64,000 nt of DNA. It comes from Lama guanicoe. Taxonomy: Eukaryota. Below are positions 46,912 to 60,100 of this stretch, piece by piece. The notes below the pieces were generated by a model that was not told where the DNA came from, made no database searches, and saw only the letters and a list, made by a program, of their open reading frames with translations. Numbering within the stretch: the first letter of the stretch is position 1; each line of letters begins with the position of its first letter. A program made the position numbers and the translations under genes. The DNA is taken from the NCBI GenBank assembly GCA_013239625.1, contig MU053561.1:4943214-5007213 (forward strand), read 5' to 3'.

Positions 46912-47324
46912 GTGAGTACAGCCCTGCCCCCGGGCTTCTTGAAGATTTGCAGTTCTGGGTTTGAGTGGGACGTACCCCCCACCCCCTTCACTCCTAGAGA
47001 CAAATGGGACTTTATCCTTCAGGATGTGAAGGGGATTCTGACTAAATGTGCAACCCACCCTGGGAAAGTGCTTGCACTGTGCCCCACATTGGGGTGGGGG
47101 CAGCCCAGTGGGAAGAGAAGGGAATTTGAATCTGTTGCATCCAATGGCATGTTCTGGGGTGAGTCTCTCTCCCTGCTGGGCCTCAGGTCTACCACCTACA
47201 AAATAATATATCTCTTTAATCGTGGGTAAGGATTGGGCCAGGGCCATGGACTGGATCAGACAGCAGCATCTGCCAAGGGCACTGATGTGTACTAGAAGCC
47301 TGGAACAGGCAACCAAGAACAGGC

Positions 47325-47725
47325 TGTATTAATCAGGATGAACCAGGTTGTGCTGCAGCAACAAACAATCCTAGGATTTGGTAAACTAAAGCAGCCAAGG
47401 TTTAGTTCTTGTTCATGTTACAAGTGCTTTGCAGCTTGCCTGGGGTTCTAGTCCACCTTGTTACCCAGGATCCAAGCGGACAGAGGCTGCATTTTGACCT
47501 GTGCTCCCACAGTTGCCACATCAGGAGGAAGAGGATATGGCCAATCATGCACCGTTTCTGAAAGCGTCCCTGCACAAGTTGACACATGTCACTTCCACTC
47601 ATATTTCATTAGCCAAAGCAAGACACATAGCAACTCCTAATATCAAGGGGGCAGGGCAAAGCAGTCCAACTACGTGTCCAGAACGGGGACCTGAGGTATT
47701 TAATGACCAGGACTAATGACTACCA
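47325..47725 (-). mobile_element. MaLR LTR (MLT1J/K-like)
   Basis: TGTATTAATCAGGATG...GTTGTGCTGCAGCAACAAACAATCC...CATGTCACTTCCACTCATATTTCATTAGCCAAAGCAAG...ACTAATGACTACCAC. Confidence 0.7.
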
Positions 47726-50700
47726 CGCAGCAGAGCCTCTGCTCTTAGGCACTGCCTACCCAGGTGGGGGAGGGGAGACCTGGCTAATCTGCACATGGGA
47801 GAGGGGGTGGTTGGCTGCTCACGATCAACTGGAATTAACCAGGAGGGTTTCAAGGAGCTGGGGCTCAAGTTGGCTTTTAAGAGGGAAGATAGGTTTGGCA
47901 CAGAGAATTAAGAGGGAATCTCCAGAGTCCTTTGGTCCAGTATAGACAGTGTTCTCCAGTCCACTGGGTGTGTGTTGAAGAAGCTGGGTCAAAGCATCCC
48001 ACAGGTGTAGGTGGCATGACTCTAAGCCCAGCCAGGCTGCTGAGAGCCCTACAGGGGCATTGCCATCAAGCAACAGTGAGTGGCCTTGTGTCTGGCGTCT
48101 TGAGCGCTAGCTGGTTGAGTGTCTCCTGGGATATTTCTTGCACTATTTCTCTGGGTGTGGGGGTGACCCCACTCAGTCTGCAGACCCTCCCTTTGGATAG
48201 TCAATACTCAATATCTATGTGCTGAATTTGTAAGGAGGGGGGCTGGGGAAATCAGCCCCACGCTGGTGGGAAAAGGGTAAGACTCTTGATTTGTTCAAAG
48301 AGAGAAAGCTTACTGGGCTCCATTGCCCCAGGGAGGGTCACTGGGACACCCCATCCTCATAGCTGGTGCTGACTTTGACCAGTCCAGTCTGATGTCCCAG
48401 TGCCTCGCCCACCTTTCCTCTCCTGAAATGTCATCCCCAAGAACAGCATAAGCAGCGGGGCCGGCAGACAGGGCGGGCAGACGGGGCCGGCCGGAACAGC
48501 AGCTGTACACCAGCCCCAAGCCCAGGAGCTCTGCTCTATAAATCACTCTGAAGTTTACATCTGGTGCAGCTCTTCCCCTGTGGTCTCGTAAGGCAGCAGC
48601 TTCATTATGGTGACTATATAGGTAGAGAAAAGCAGCCCCGTCCTCCCCACACTGAGGCTGAGGCTGAGGGGCTCAAGAGAGAGGGAGGGCTGGGGGCCAG
48701 GGGCTGGGGGAAGCAGGGCTCAATTCAGCCCTGAGAGAAGCCTCCCTTCTCCACCCCAGAGACCTTCCTTTCCCGGGATTTCAGCTCCGGGCATGATGGA
48801 AGCCCTAGTCCTGGAGTAGCAGTCCGTGCTCAAGCAGGCCCCTCATCTGAATGCTAACTTCCTGTCTCCTAGCACCTGCGGCTGTCCCTGCCCTCCTCCC
48901 ACCCCGTCTTCCCAGACCAGCTTCAGAAAAAGGCAGACCATCCCAAAGGAGCTGAATAAGTCGTCACCATCCTCATTACTCTCAGCCAGTTCCATCACAG
49001 CCCTCCTCCATCACCTCCTAAGCAGGACACTGGGCCAGACCCTGGGGAGCCAGGGGGCTGAGATAGAAGACAGCCTCTTTGACCCACAGAACTTTAATTA
49101 CAGAGACAAGAAATGTTCTTGCAATAGCTAGTGATGCACGGGGAGTCCAGGCCCAGGAGTTCCCAAAGCTGGAGAGCAGGTGACCTGCTCACACACCCTG
49201 TCTTGCACGCAGTCTGTCTGTGCTTAATGTTTGCCTGTGGAGGCCCCTAGGGCCCTCCCCTCTGCAGCCTGTCCAGCAGGCAGGCTCTCAGGATCAGGCT
49301 CTTTATCCTGGTGTGGGGGGGGGGCGAGGAGTCAAGCAAAAGAAGGGAAAGAGAACTAAGAAGGCTGGTGCTTTTACCTGTTTTTTGGTGCTGACTCAAA
49401 CTGTAATTATTTGGAAGCCAGGGAGGCCCAAGCCCCAGTCCTGAGGAATGATTGAGCACTGAGTGTATATGAAATCCTGCAGCCAATGCCGTGGGGGGCC
49501 AGATTCCTGCCAGATTCCGTTCCTAGAGCTGCATTTTGGCCCTGAGTTCCTCTGCCCCAAAGGCTGGTCTCTGAACATGCCTGGCATTCCTGCCTTTTGC
49601 CTTTGTTCCCAAGGCCAAGGTTCCCTCTGGCAGACAGGCCTCTCCCCCACCTCTCTGCTTGCTTGGCCCAAATCAATCCACCTTTCAAAGCTTCCCTGAA
49701 GCCTTTCCGCTCTCATGGCAATCACTCCTCCAGATTAATCTCTGGGTCCCTCAGTTATATGCCGAGCCTTATTCTGTCTTGCAAAGTCCTCCTAATGACT
49801 CAGGAATGGCTTGTGTCCCACATTTGACTTTCTCTTGTATTTTCTCCTCGGGGCTGAGTATGTCATTTTATGTAATTATAAGAACTCAGCACATTCTTGA
49901 TGAATGACCAATGGTTTACTTAATTCAAATAAAACTATGTATTGGCGCACAAGGAAAGGATTAGTAAAGAGGCAATGGGATTTGGATGTAGCTAACCTGG
50001 GAAGGCTTCCTGGAGGAGAAAGTCAAGTAGCATTTTGAAAATGGATAGAGCTAGGCATGGTGGGGAGACCCCGGCTACACATTCCTTCAGAGGTATGGTT
50101 CGGGTAGATGGTTTATGTCCAGAGTAGCAAAGAGATTAACCAGCCAGATCAGGTAGTCTGGACTGAAATGGAGGGTCCGTGACCCACAGTGTGGGTAGAA
50201 GAAGAGGTTCCGTGAGAAGAATGTTCAGGAGGCTGCTCTGAGGTCACGACAGTCCATGAAGGCTGTCCTCTTTTGCTCCTCATCCTTGTATGAGAGAATC
50301 AGATGCAGCCCTGGCAGGTGGAACCAGGCAGGTTCCTTGTTTTGGCCCCTGCCCCGGTGATCGAGATGGTTTGAAGCAGCTAAGCCTGGAGTATTTGTGT
50401 TGTTTTCTCACAACCACTGAACGTGGAGCTTCATGGCTAGTGAAGGGCAGGTGGGCTTGGGAGGTGTGGGGCAGGGGCTAGCTCTTTGTTAACTGCAAAT
50501 CTTCAGCCCTGAGGGACACTCACCTTGGTGCCCCCAGGTTGTTTGGGAGGGAAGCCGAGGCAGTAACAGAGCTAACATACTTCTCGCTGGAGGATGAGAA
50601 ACAGGCAAGCCAGACCTGCAGGACAGTCGGAGGCCTCTACCGTTCCACGGAATCCAGAAGCTCAGGTGTGGGAAGGAAATTGTGGGAGTTCATCAAATGC

Positions 50701-53700
50701 AGCCCGGCCCGGGCGGGGCTGCCCCACTCTTGCCTTGCTTGACTGAGGTCCCCTGGTGCTCTCCTGGGCATTCCCAGAGGCTGGCCATTTCCCCTCCTCC
50801 AAGAACTTCCATTGGCTGAAATCATCCTGCTCTTCCCTTCCCCCCTCTCCAGCCCCCAGTCTCATTATTTCTATATAAAGCTGTAGATTTATCATTATAA
50901 TAGAGCTGCCGTCACCAGGGTTTGCCAACATCTCTGTAATCTTGTCATTGCTACAGAGGCCTCAGACCCCAGTGCACACAATCGCTCCCGTCGCCATTCC
51001 CGCTCCTGCATGGCGGCGGGAGGTGAAGGCTGTAATTGGGGCCATAAATATGTGTTGTGTTTGGTGGCGTTAGTGGACTTGCCATCTTCCTGCCTTACGG
51101 GGTCCCTGCCAGGTCAGAGTGAGTGTGTGTGTGTGTGCATGTGTGTGTGTGTGTGCTTGTTTTGGGGTGACGGCGTGCTCTGTGTACTTCCAGGGGGCCT
51201 AGACTCAGAGTCTGCAGGGAGGAAGGGAGGCCTTACGTGGTAAAACAGTCTCTTCTCTAGCCTGAGAATGAGCAGAGCTGCATACAAAGAGCTCAGGCTT
51301 TGGTGCCAAACAAAGCATTCTAGCTTCTGCACTTTCTAACTTTGAGACCTTGGGGCCATTATCTAAACCGTACCTCAATTTCTACATCAGTAAAATGGGC
51401 ATGGTAATGAAACACAGCTCATAGTGGTATTATATGTAAATTAAACAAAATACACAAGATGCCTAGACAGCACCATCACAGAGCAGCCTCCTGAGCCCCA
51501 TTCTTACAGAACCTTCCTTCTGAGTCAGCCTGTAGCTCACGATTTGTACCCCTCCCAGGCCTGACCCCCTCCCCCACTTTGATCCAGACCACCTATTCCA
51601 ACAGATTGTTGGTTATTATTATTCCTATTTTATTTGTTTCTTTATTTTATCTCTTGTCCTAACTTGTGTTCTCTGTGTGACCCTGGAAAAGTGACTTGCC
51701 CTCTCTGGGCTGCAGTTTCCTCAGAAATCAGCTGCAAATGTCTAAGATTCTGAGATTCTTGGCTTCTCCTTTAGAGAAGTGCTTGGCTCTCTAGCTTTCA
51801 GAGCAGAGCTATCCAGTCCCTGGGATAGCCGTCTCCCTAGTAGAGGCCTCAACCCCAGGCTGATAGGCCCCTGGGCAGAATTTCCAGACCTACCCTCCGC
51901 CCTTCAATGTCAGCTAAAAATCAGTCCTCTCTTCAAGTCGCTGGGAAATGTCCTCTAGGGGGTTCCTGCCACATGGAAGACCCCCACCAACAAGCTGTCT
52001 CCCTCCTTTTCCCACAATGCACAGTCCCCCACCAGGGCTCAGAAACCCTCCCCCCCACCTCTCAGGTCCCCTATTTACTGGCTATTAATATGCAGGTTTT
52101 TACCTGAGCTCCTACCAGAAGCCAAGAGCACAACCAACTTTATCACATTTCATCCTCACCATAAGCCTTATTATTGTCCCTTATATGTAAGTAAAGGAGG
52201 GAAGGTTCCAGGTTAAGGGAAACCCAGTGTCACCCAGACAGAAAGTGGTAGAGAGCCAGGATTCAAATCCACGTCTTCAGCAGAGCCCATGTCCTTGCAT
52301 GCCCTGAGGGGAGTGTGATTCCATTGCTCCTTGGATGGAAGACAGATCCTGAAATCGTGCAGCTTGTCAAGAGATCCAGAAGAGTGTTTGGTTTGTTTTC
52401 TCTGTCAGGCCTGGTCCATTCCTCTCGTTTCAGGGGCAGCTCTTGTGCTGACACTGGGATTCTGTTACCATGTCCCCAGTGTGCTTCCTGTGGGCACGCA
52501 GTTTGACATTCATTCCTCTTTCATTCCACAGACATGGATTGAGTGTCAGCTCTGCGATGTCAGTTCAGTCTCTCAGCACGTGTTGGAAACAAGCTGAGTT
52601 GTGGAAAGGCTGGCAAAGAAAGAGCCCCCACCTCCAAGTGCCCAGGCTAATGGGAAGTGTAGGGCCTGCCCAGTGACCCCCAAGTCCCCCACCCCCTCAC
52701 ACACAGGGCACACATTTGGAAACAGACCTGTTTAGGACGCTCACTGCAACATCATGCAAACCACTCTACTTCAAGGTACATGCAGAAGTGTTGAGGAGAA
52801 ATGCAGAAAAGAAATCAGAGTCAGAAAGGGAAAGTTTTCGGCCAGGCTTTGATGGCAGTGAAGGTAGAGAGTGCTAAAAGAGGACGGGTCAGAGGGAGAA
52901 GAGAGTGTTTCTCTATTTTCTTTGGATTGTGAGGAGGATCTAGAAAGAACTTCTCTCATATATGATGTGTTCCTTGTCTTTGTGCAGTAACTCCCTGTGG
53001 TGTAATTCTTGTATACTAGGCACCAGGCTAGCACTGGGAATACAATAACTTCAACATAGTCCTGTCCTCAAAGCCTCACAGTCTAATGGGGGAGGCAGGG
53101 AAGCAGCTTTGTTGATCCGGGGGACACACAGGTCCCGGCACAGTGAGGAAGGGCTGGCCTCCTAGAATGAAACTGTCTTTCTTGCCAGAAAAGATTTAGT
53201 TGCATCCTTTTCTCACACCCCCATCCTTGAGTCCAGTGAGATCCAAGAGTAGCTTACAAAAGACCTTTTCAAGTAGAGCCAAAGAATCCAAAAAATTGAT
53301 TCACGGTGACTTATTAAATCACCCTGGGATGAAGTCTCCCGGAGGCTCGTTGACCAGCAACCTGATGCAACGCCTTCAGAGTGCCCCCCGTGGGTCTCAG
53401 GCTTCCAGGTCTATGCTGGTCAGGTGGTGGGTGGGAAGGAGCAAGAGGGCAGCGTAATGAACCTTCATCCACTCAACATGTCTTCAGTGATCCCTCAAAG
53501 AATTTATTTGGGTCCAAGAACACTGGGTGTTGAAGGAACAAACATAGTCCTTGCCTTCAAGGAGCTTACAGTTGGCTGGAGATTTCAGAGCAAATAAAAA
53601 TGTCATCAAAAGAACACAATGTTTTAAGTTGTATTAAAAGGGAAAAGGGGAAGAGAAGTGATTATTGAAACTGGGAGAATGAGGAAGTGGAATAGGGGAC

Positions 53701-53869
53701 GCAGATGGCAGAAGGAGAATTTGAGAACAAGAACTGAGTTTGGGGGAACACCCACAGTCAAGAAGAAGGAGGAGAGGGGCCAGCAAAGGGTACAGAGCAG
53801 GGAGAGCCAAGAGACAAGAGAACTGAGGAAGGTAAAGGAGGGACAGTTCTGGAAATGTGCATCCAGCAG

Positions 53870-55070
53870 TGATCTGTTCGAGCATCTGCGGGGTACCAAG
53901 TGCAGCCCTAGGCACTGGGGATGCAGGAATAAATGAAGTCCCTGTTCTCATGGTGCTTACACTCTGGTAGGGGGAGAGAAATGGATACGCGAGGTAAATA
54001 GGGTGTCTGAGAGTGGGAAGTGGCATGGAGAAAATAAAGCCGGGGAGTGTGGTGGGGGTTGTTGGGGTTGAGACGGTGGCTTGGAGAGAAGATTACAGGG
54101 TAAAACAGGGCGGTCTGAGGACACATCCCTGAGACAGGGCCATCTGTGTAGGCCTGGAAGACAAGAGGGAGAGAGCCAGGCAGATATCCAGAAGGAGAGA
54201 GGTCCAGGCAGAGAGAATGGAGAATGCAAAGACTCTGAGGTGGGACGATGCCTGGCTTGTTCAAGTAAGGGTCCAGTGTGGCTGAAGCAGACATGCGGCT
54301 GGGGAGGAGAGAGAATAAGAGATGAAGCAGGAGAGTAAAGGGGCAGGAAAGGTTCATGGAGTTCCACAGTCAAAAGCTGAAAAGCACTGCTGTAGCTGTC
54401 AGGTTGGGAACAGACTATACACCTAGGGAAAGACAGGGGAATCAGTTGGGAGGCTATTGGATGAGGATGGGGCTAGAGATGCAAGATGTGGCTTGACTCT
54501 GGATATATTTTGAAAGTAGAACTAGCAGTATTGGCTGACAGATTGAGTATAGGGCCTAGGGTCTAGAGAAACAGAAAAATCAGCCTGAGCAACTCAGGGC
54601 AGAACTGCCATTGACTGAGTTGGGGAATCCTGGAGGGAGAACCCGTGGGGAGGAAGATCACAAACTCAGATCTGGACATGTCATAGCTGAGATACCACTG
54701 GACATCCAAGTAGAGACGTTGGTTAGGAACTTGGGTAAAGAGTGTAGCATCCAAAAGACAGGACTCAGCTAAAGAAATACATTTAGGAGATGTCAGCATA
54801 TAAATGGTATTAAAAGCCATGAGACTAGTTGAGATCCCAAGTTTAGAGAAGAAGGATCCACGACTGAACCTTAGGACACTTTAATGTTTAGACATGGGAA
54901 CTGTGAGGAAAAATCAGCAAAATAAGATTGACAACCAGCAGCCAGTGAAATAGGAAAACCAGGAAAGCTCAGTGTCCTGGGAAACAGAGACTGTATCAGA
55001 CGCTGTGATGGCTCCAGTAAGATTTTGCTCAGCATCAGCCTTAAGAGCCATTTCAGTGGAGGCTGATTGG
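53870..55070 (-). mobile_element. L2 element (~1.2 kb)
   Basis: Starts with the antisense L2 3' end (CTAGGCACTGGGGATGCAG...CCCTGTTCTCATGGTGCTTACACTCTGGT) and continues with typical L2 text (TGGATATATTTTGAAAGTAGA, GTCAGCATATAAATGGTATTAAAAGCCATGAGACT). Confidence 0.8.
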
Positions 55071-58000
55071 AGAAGAGATCATTTGCGGAAGACTGGGACA
55101 TGGGTTGTATCATTTCAGGAGAACTCTTGTTTATCATTTATGTATCATTTAGGGAAATGAGATTTTAAGGACTCCAAAGGCTGGTTTTGCTGGGTGCCAG
55201 CAGGCTAGATCCATGTGTGGGCCATTCCTTGGGGAAAAGTTGGGGTGGGAATGGGGGGAGTGAGTGAGCAGCCCTGGTCCCTCAGAGCATAGCAGGCCAA
55301 GACAGCACATTACATCAGGAATCTGCAGCCAGACTAGGTGTCCCTAGAATTCTGCCTTAAATTCCTGAGTGTCTGGATTCTTGTGGCAGGACCAAGCCAG
55401 GAGAGGAGCAGAAAGAGAGCTTTCTGGAAGAGGCCCAAAAGGGCAGATCAGGGTTACCTAGAGGCCCCAGGAGATGTGAAGGAAGTAAGGCTGCCCAAAC
55501 CCATGAAGATTGTTCCCCAAGTCCTTCGGCTAGAGCTGCTCTGAATAACGTATGAAGGTATGAAGACGGCCGGCTGGCTCTCTGAGTGGCCTGGCTGCAG
55601 TGAGCCCTGGCTGTGCCCTCCCGGCTGCCCGGCCCCACTGTCTGAGTCAGAAGTCCCTGGGTCGCTGCGGGGCTGCAGGCTTCCCTGTTTACTTGCTGCT
55701 CAGCTGGAGCTGGTGTCTCTGCTAATGTTCACTTACCCCCACACCCCTCAGGCCTGGCCTCATTATCCTCATTCTCTGGAATGCTGAGCTCTCCTCCTGC
55801 ACCCCCACCCTCTGGCTGGTGGTGGTGGGGCTGTGTGTGCAGAAATGTCCAGTCCATACCCCGACCCAGTTTATTCCTTCAGCCCCTGACAATGCAGAGG
55901 GCAGCTCAGATCTTTCCTTTGCTCTCCTCCCTGAAGGTTGGTTACCTCCCCACAAGGATGCTTTGGTCAGATGGGGCTGATGAAGCTAGGAGCAGCTTTT
56001 CCTGCTCCAGAGTAATAACTACAGCTCTGCCCTCCGAGCTCATGTCCTATAATGACACGGAGGGAGCTGGGAGGGGGTGAACCAGGGGTCTGTCCATGCT
56101 CAAAGCTCAGGTCCTGAGAGTGTGGCTCACCCTGCCAGGCCCCAGGTTCTGAAGCCAATGTAACCTTGAATTTTGTGGGACAACCCCAATGGCCAAGGCT
56201 CCTCTAGCAAAGGGTCACTGAAAATCCATCAAGAACCCACCAAGAAAGGGGAAGAGGTAGGGTGTGGGGTCCGAGCTCCACCCCACAGGCAGTATGTCTG
56301 ATGGGAGAGAGGGGACACAACTCCAGAATGTCAGCGGGGTCCCTGCACCACAGGTGAGAAGTCCAGGTCCATGAGTCGTCCCTTCAGCAGAGGTGATGGA
56401 TGTACACCAACCTTCTACACCCCATCAGTTGGGCCGACTGGGACCAGTAGCCATTCTTGGGTACATGGGGTTAAAGGTTTTCCAGGCGGTGCTGGAAAAG
56501 AAAGCTAATTCATCCAGACAGGGTTCTGACCCAGCTGTAAGCAGAGTTGCTCAATAACTGCTCCACTGGCCTTGGGTGCTGTTCTCTTTAAAGTCATTTC
56601 TAAACTCGGCCTTTCACAATAGGTCCTTCCCTGCAGCTTCAGAGGAAGTGGCCTTAAGAGGCGGCCAGAGGCTCAGAACACTGGAGACAGTTCCCTTCTC
56701 ACTGTTGATAAATTCCTAGCATCCAAACAGCCCCACTGCCCACTCTGGCCAGCTTCCCGCAGAAGCCAGCTCCCACTGGCCTCCAGAGCACAGCCTGGTT
56801 CTGCCTCCCTCCTCTGCTCGAGCTGGCTAGGCCAGCCGACCCTGCCCTGCCCCAACCCCACATGCCCACATTAGTATGCGGCACATCTCAATGGCATAAA
56901 TATCTAATCTTTCCCTTACAAGAGAATGAATGGGAAATCATTAGGCAACAGGCTCATGCATCAAGAAAAATCTATTCCTCCAACGCTGGTGCATTTTACG
57001 TGCTTCCCCCACCTTGCTGTGCAGAGCACCCGTGCTTGTCCTGTTGCTTCTACCACCTGATAACCCACAGCGACAGACATTTTCTCCCGGAGAGAGATTA
57101 TTTGGTCAAAAGGGAAGCCAGAGCCAGACATCCCCTCTGGACACTGTCAAGGACACCTGAGCTCCAGGATTTATTTGGGAGGAAGGGGTTGCAGTGGGTC
57201 CCCTAGACCAGCAGCAGTCCAGAGAGACTGGGGTCACCGGGTATAACTATGACCAGAATGGCAACCAACTCGGAAGGACTGGGGCAGTCCCTGAGGGGTT
57301 TCTAATTTCTGCAGACCATGTGTTCTGACTCCATGTACTCATGGACTTGGGAAAAGTCAAACCTGAAAGAGCCTCAGAGATGATCTGGCCCAATGTCCTC
57401 CTGCCACAGATGAGCAAATTAAGACCAGAGAAGTCACACAACTTGTCTGGGGTGGCTCGCTGAGTCCATGCAAATCTGGACCCCAGCCCCGATCTCATGA
57501 GACCCAGTCCTGTGCCTCCTTGTCTCCAGCTTTTTATAGGGAATTCTCGCCCTGGTTTTTTTAATCACTCCCTCCCCTCTTCCCTTCCGAGGCCTCTGCC
57601 CACTCACTGTCTCCATTCTGTGCCTGTGAGCTTCTCTGTCCTGTAAGGAAGAGGGCCAAGACGTGGAGTCTAAGGCACAGCGTGTCAAAGGTGCAGAGCA
57701 AAGACGACATTTTCTCTGCCATAGTCTCTTCCATGCAAGAGACTTCCAGTCTCTACTGGGAGTGGAAATAGGCAAACCAACAAGCAACACAGCAAGAAAA
57801 CCGAGAAGGAAAGAGAAGCCACATATCAAAATGCCTGGGACCCTAAGGCAACTAACCCCTGACTTTCAAGCCTCCCGTGGTACATGCTTATTTATGCCTT
57901 GGAGGGGGAAGGAGACAAAGCTAGCTGTAGAGTCTGGGTCAACCTCGTCCAAGGGTTAGCATATTTTTATGGTGTTTCTGTGTCAGCAACAATGTAGAAA

Positions 58001-60008
58001 GATGGGGCCTCTCTCCACCCTGCTCCCCCGCCAGCCCTGTGCCCATCTGGTCCTCATTCATCCTCATCAGTTGTCCCCTGGAGCCATCTTCTCCTCTCAG
58101 GTCTGAATTGACACCTACTCATTCTCCATGAATATTTAATGCCTTCCTTTCTAGACAAAGTCTCCGAGACCTTGTGGGTATCTTTAGGGCTGTGGCAAAA
58201 CTTGGGATGAAAAGTTTTCCATGGAAGCCACTGGCCTTGAGATGTGGAATTAGAATAGGGAGACAGCCCCTAGGATGGGAGAGGCCAGGGCAAGATGTTT
58301 ACTGCTCACCTCTCTCTGGGCAGTGGAGGCCGGCATTGCCCTGGGTCGTCGTGGCCTGAGAAGCATCAGTGATTGCTTCAGAAGACTTCCATGTCTTCCT
58401 GCTGATAGTCTGGACTTGGCACAGCTTGGAGTTCAGGGAAGGCACCAATGTTGGTGAGACTGGTTTCTCCAGGAGCTGGTTTATACTGTGATCAGAAATC
58501 GTGTGTCTGAGTGCGTGAGGGGTGGGAGGGAATGGAGGTGAGACGGGAGCGGATGAGAGAACAGGCCTCAGATCACCATCTGCATACAGAGCTGCGACTG
58601 CAGGGGTGAGCAGGCCAGCAGCTGGGGCCTCTCTGCCTCCATGTTGCCAAGCTTGACGAGCTTACATTTAATCCTCTCCGCCACCCTGCAGGGTGGGTAC
58701 CGTGATTATCTGGCTTCCAGACAGGGAACTCAGGCAACCTGCTCAAGGTCACAAAGCCAGTGGGAAGCAGAGCCCGGAGTCAGGCCGGGTGAGCTGGCTG
58801 CACTGTATGGGCTCCTAACTCTCTGCTGTCTCAGGAGCTGGCTCCCAGGGGCTCTCCCCAACAGCTTGCCTCTTCTGAGCTGGGGACAGCAAATGTTCTC
58901 CTGTCCCCTCCAGCTCTAATTCTCTGCCTCTTCTGAAGTGTCCTCTTGGCCTCTGGTGGCTCTTCTTTCATTGGTCCCAGTCACGAGACACAAGCCCCAG
59001 CTCCACCCCACTCCAAGCCACACAAAATGAGTGTCAGCACTCCAACTGGAGGTTTGTTCTCATGGGAGTTGGGTGTTTATACCCTGCTGCCCAGTGCGCA
59101 GCTTCACGTGGCAGGGAAGGCAGCTGGGGGCATTGGTCCCAGAGGTTCTCCCCACCATGCCTTCCACTGAATGCCGGCTCCCATCATCCTGTTGGCTCCT
59201 GTCCACCTGCCCCAGGTTCCATGTCTCAAACACAGACACACTACGCCCCTCTTTAAACTGCCCTGGGAAATTTAGTTCTTGCCAGCCCTGAAGCCTAGGC
59301 TCAGTTCCAGCCCCATTTTCAAACATACAAAACCCAAGAAGGTACTTAGTTGAATGGCAGGCCATCTTATCCAACAGCAGTGGGACCCCGAGACTGGTCT
59401 ATTGCCTTTGCTGGGCACCACCCTCTATAGAAGGCAGTTGTGGTTTTAAATAACATTTGTTTTCCCTTGATGCCTAAAACTCACTCTGGCCATTGGCATT
59501 CTGTGAGTCATAAAGGGACATGTAGGGTTGTCCCTGTATATGCAGGAGAAACCCCTCCTTAGAGGGACAGGTGAAGTTGCTACCTGAGCCAGGAAAGCGG
59601 AATCACTTTCCATCCCAGCCCTCCCAGTTCTGCCAGTGGGCTGAGAAGGAAACTGCCTGGTCCACCAAAATGAGGCCTAAAGGGAGGCTCCAGCCAGCAG
59701 AAGGATTGGATGAGGTTTTGGCCAGGAAGGAGACCACAGATGAGTGTCCAGAAAAGATGAGGAGCCACTCTCCAGAAATGGGCAGAGAGCTGCCAGGGAG
59801 GGGCCTCTGAAGTCGTCCCAGCCCAGCAGGCCTGGAGCCCAGGACCTGAAGACTCCGAAGGCACTCCACTGGGGTTTCCTTCGCTCACCCTTAGCTTTTG
59901 GAGCAGCTCTTTTTCACGTTGCCAGGCTATTTCAAGGATGCTGTAGGAACCAGGAGACCAGGCTTGGTTCTACACTTAGGTCGGAGCTTTAAAGAGAATG
60001 TAGAATAT

Positions 60009-60100
60009 GATGGGGCAGCTTGAACCCAAAAGAAAACCCAGAAGAGAAGATGGGGCAGCTTGAACCCAAAAGAAAACCCAGAAGAGAAGATGGGGCAGCT
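60009..60100. repeat. Perfect 40-bp tandem repeat, 2.3 copies
   Basis: GATGGGGCAGCTTGAACCCAAAAGAAAACCCAGAAGAGAA at 60009-60048 and 60049-60088, plus GATGGGGCAGCT at 60089-60100. Confidence 0.97.

Noticed and set aside
46282..47229. 315-aa ORF as a single-exon gene
   Set aside because: It is exon 3 plus intronic read-through; SYT6 similarity starts and stops exactly at the AG and GT sites.
46486..47316. 276-aa minus-strand ORF
   Set aside because: Antisense shadow of GC3-rich SYT6 exon 3; no recognisable protein.
60009..60100. CRISPR-like repeat array
   Set aside because: Units are head-to-tail identical with no unique spacers; mammalian context, no cas genes.
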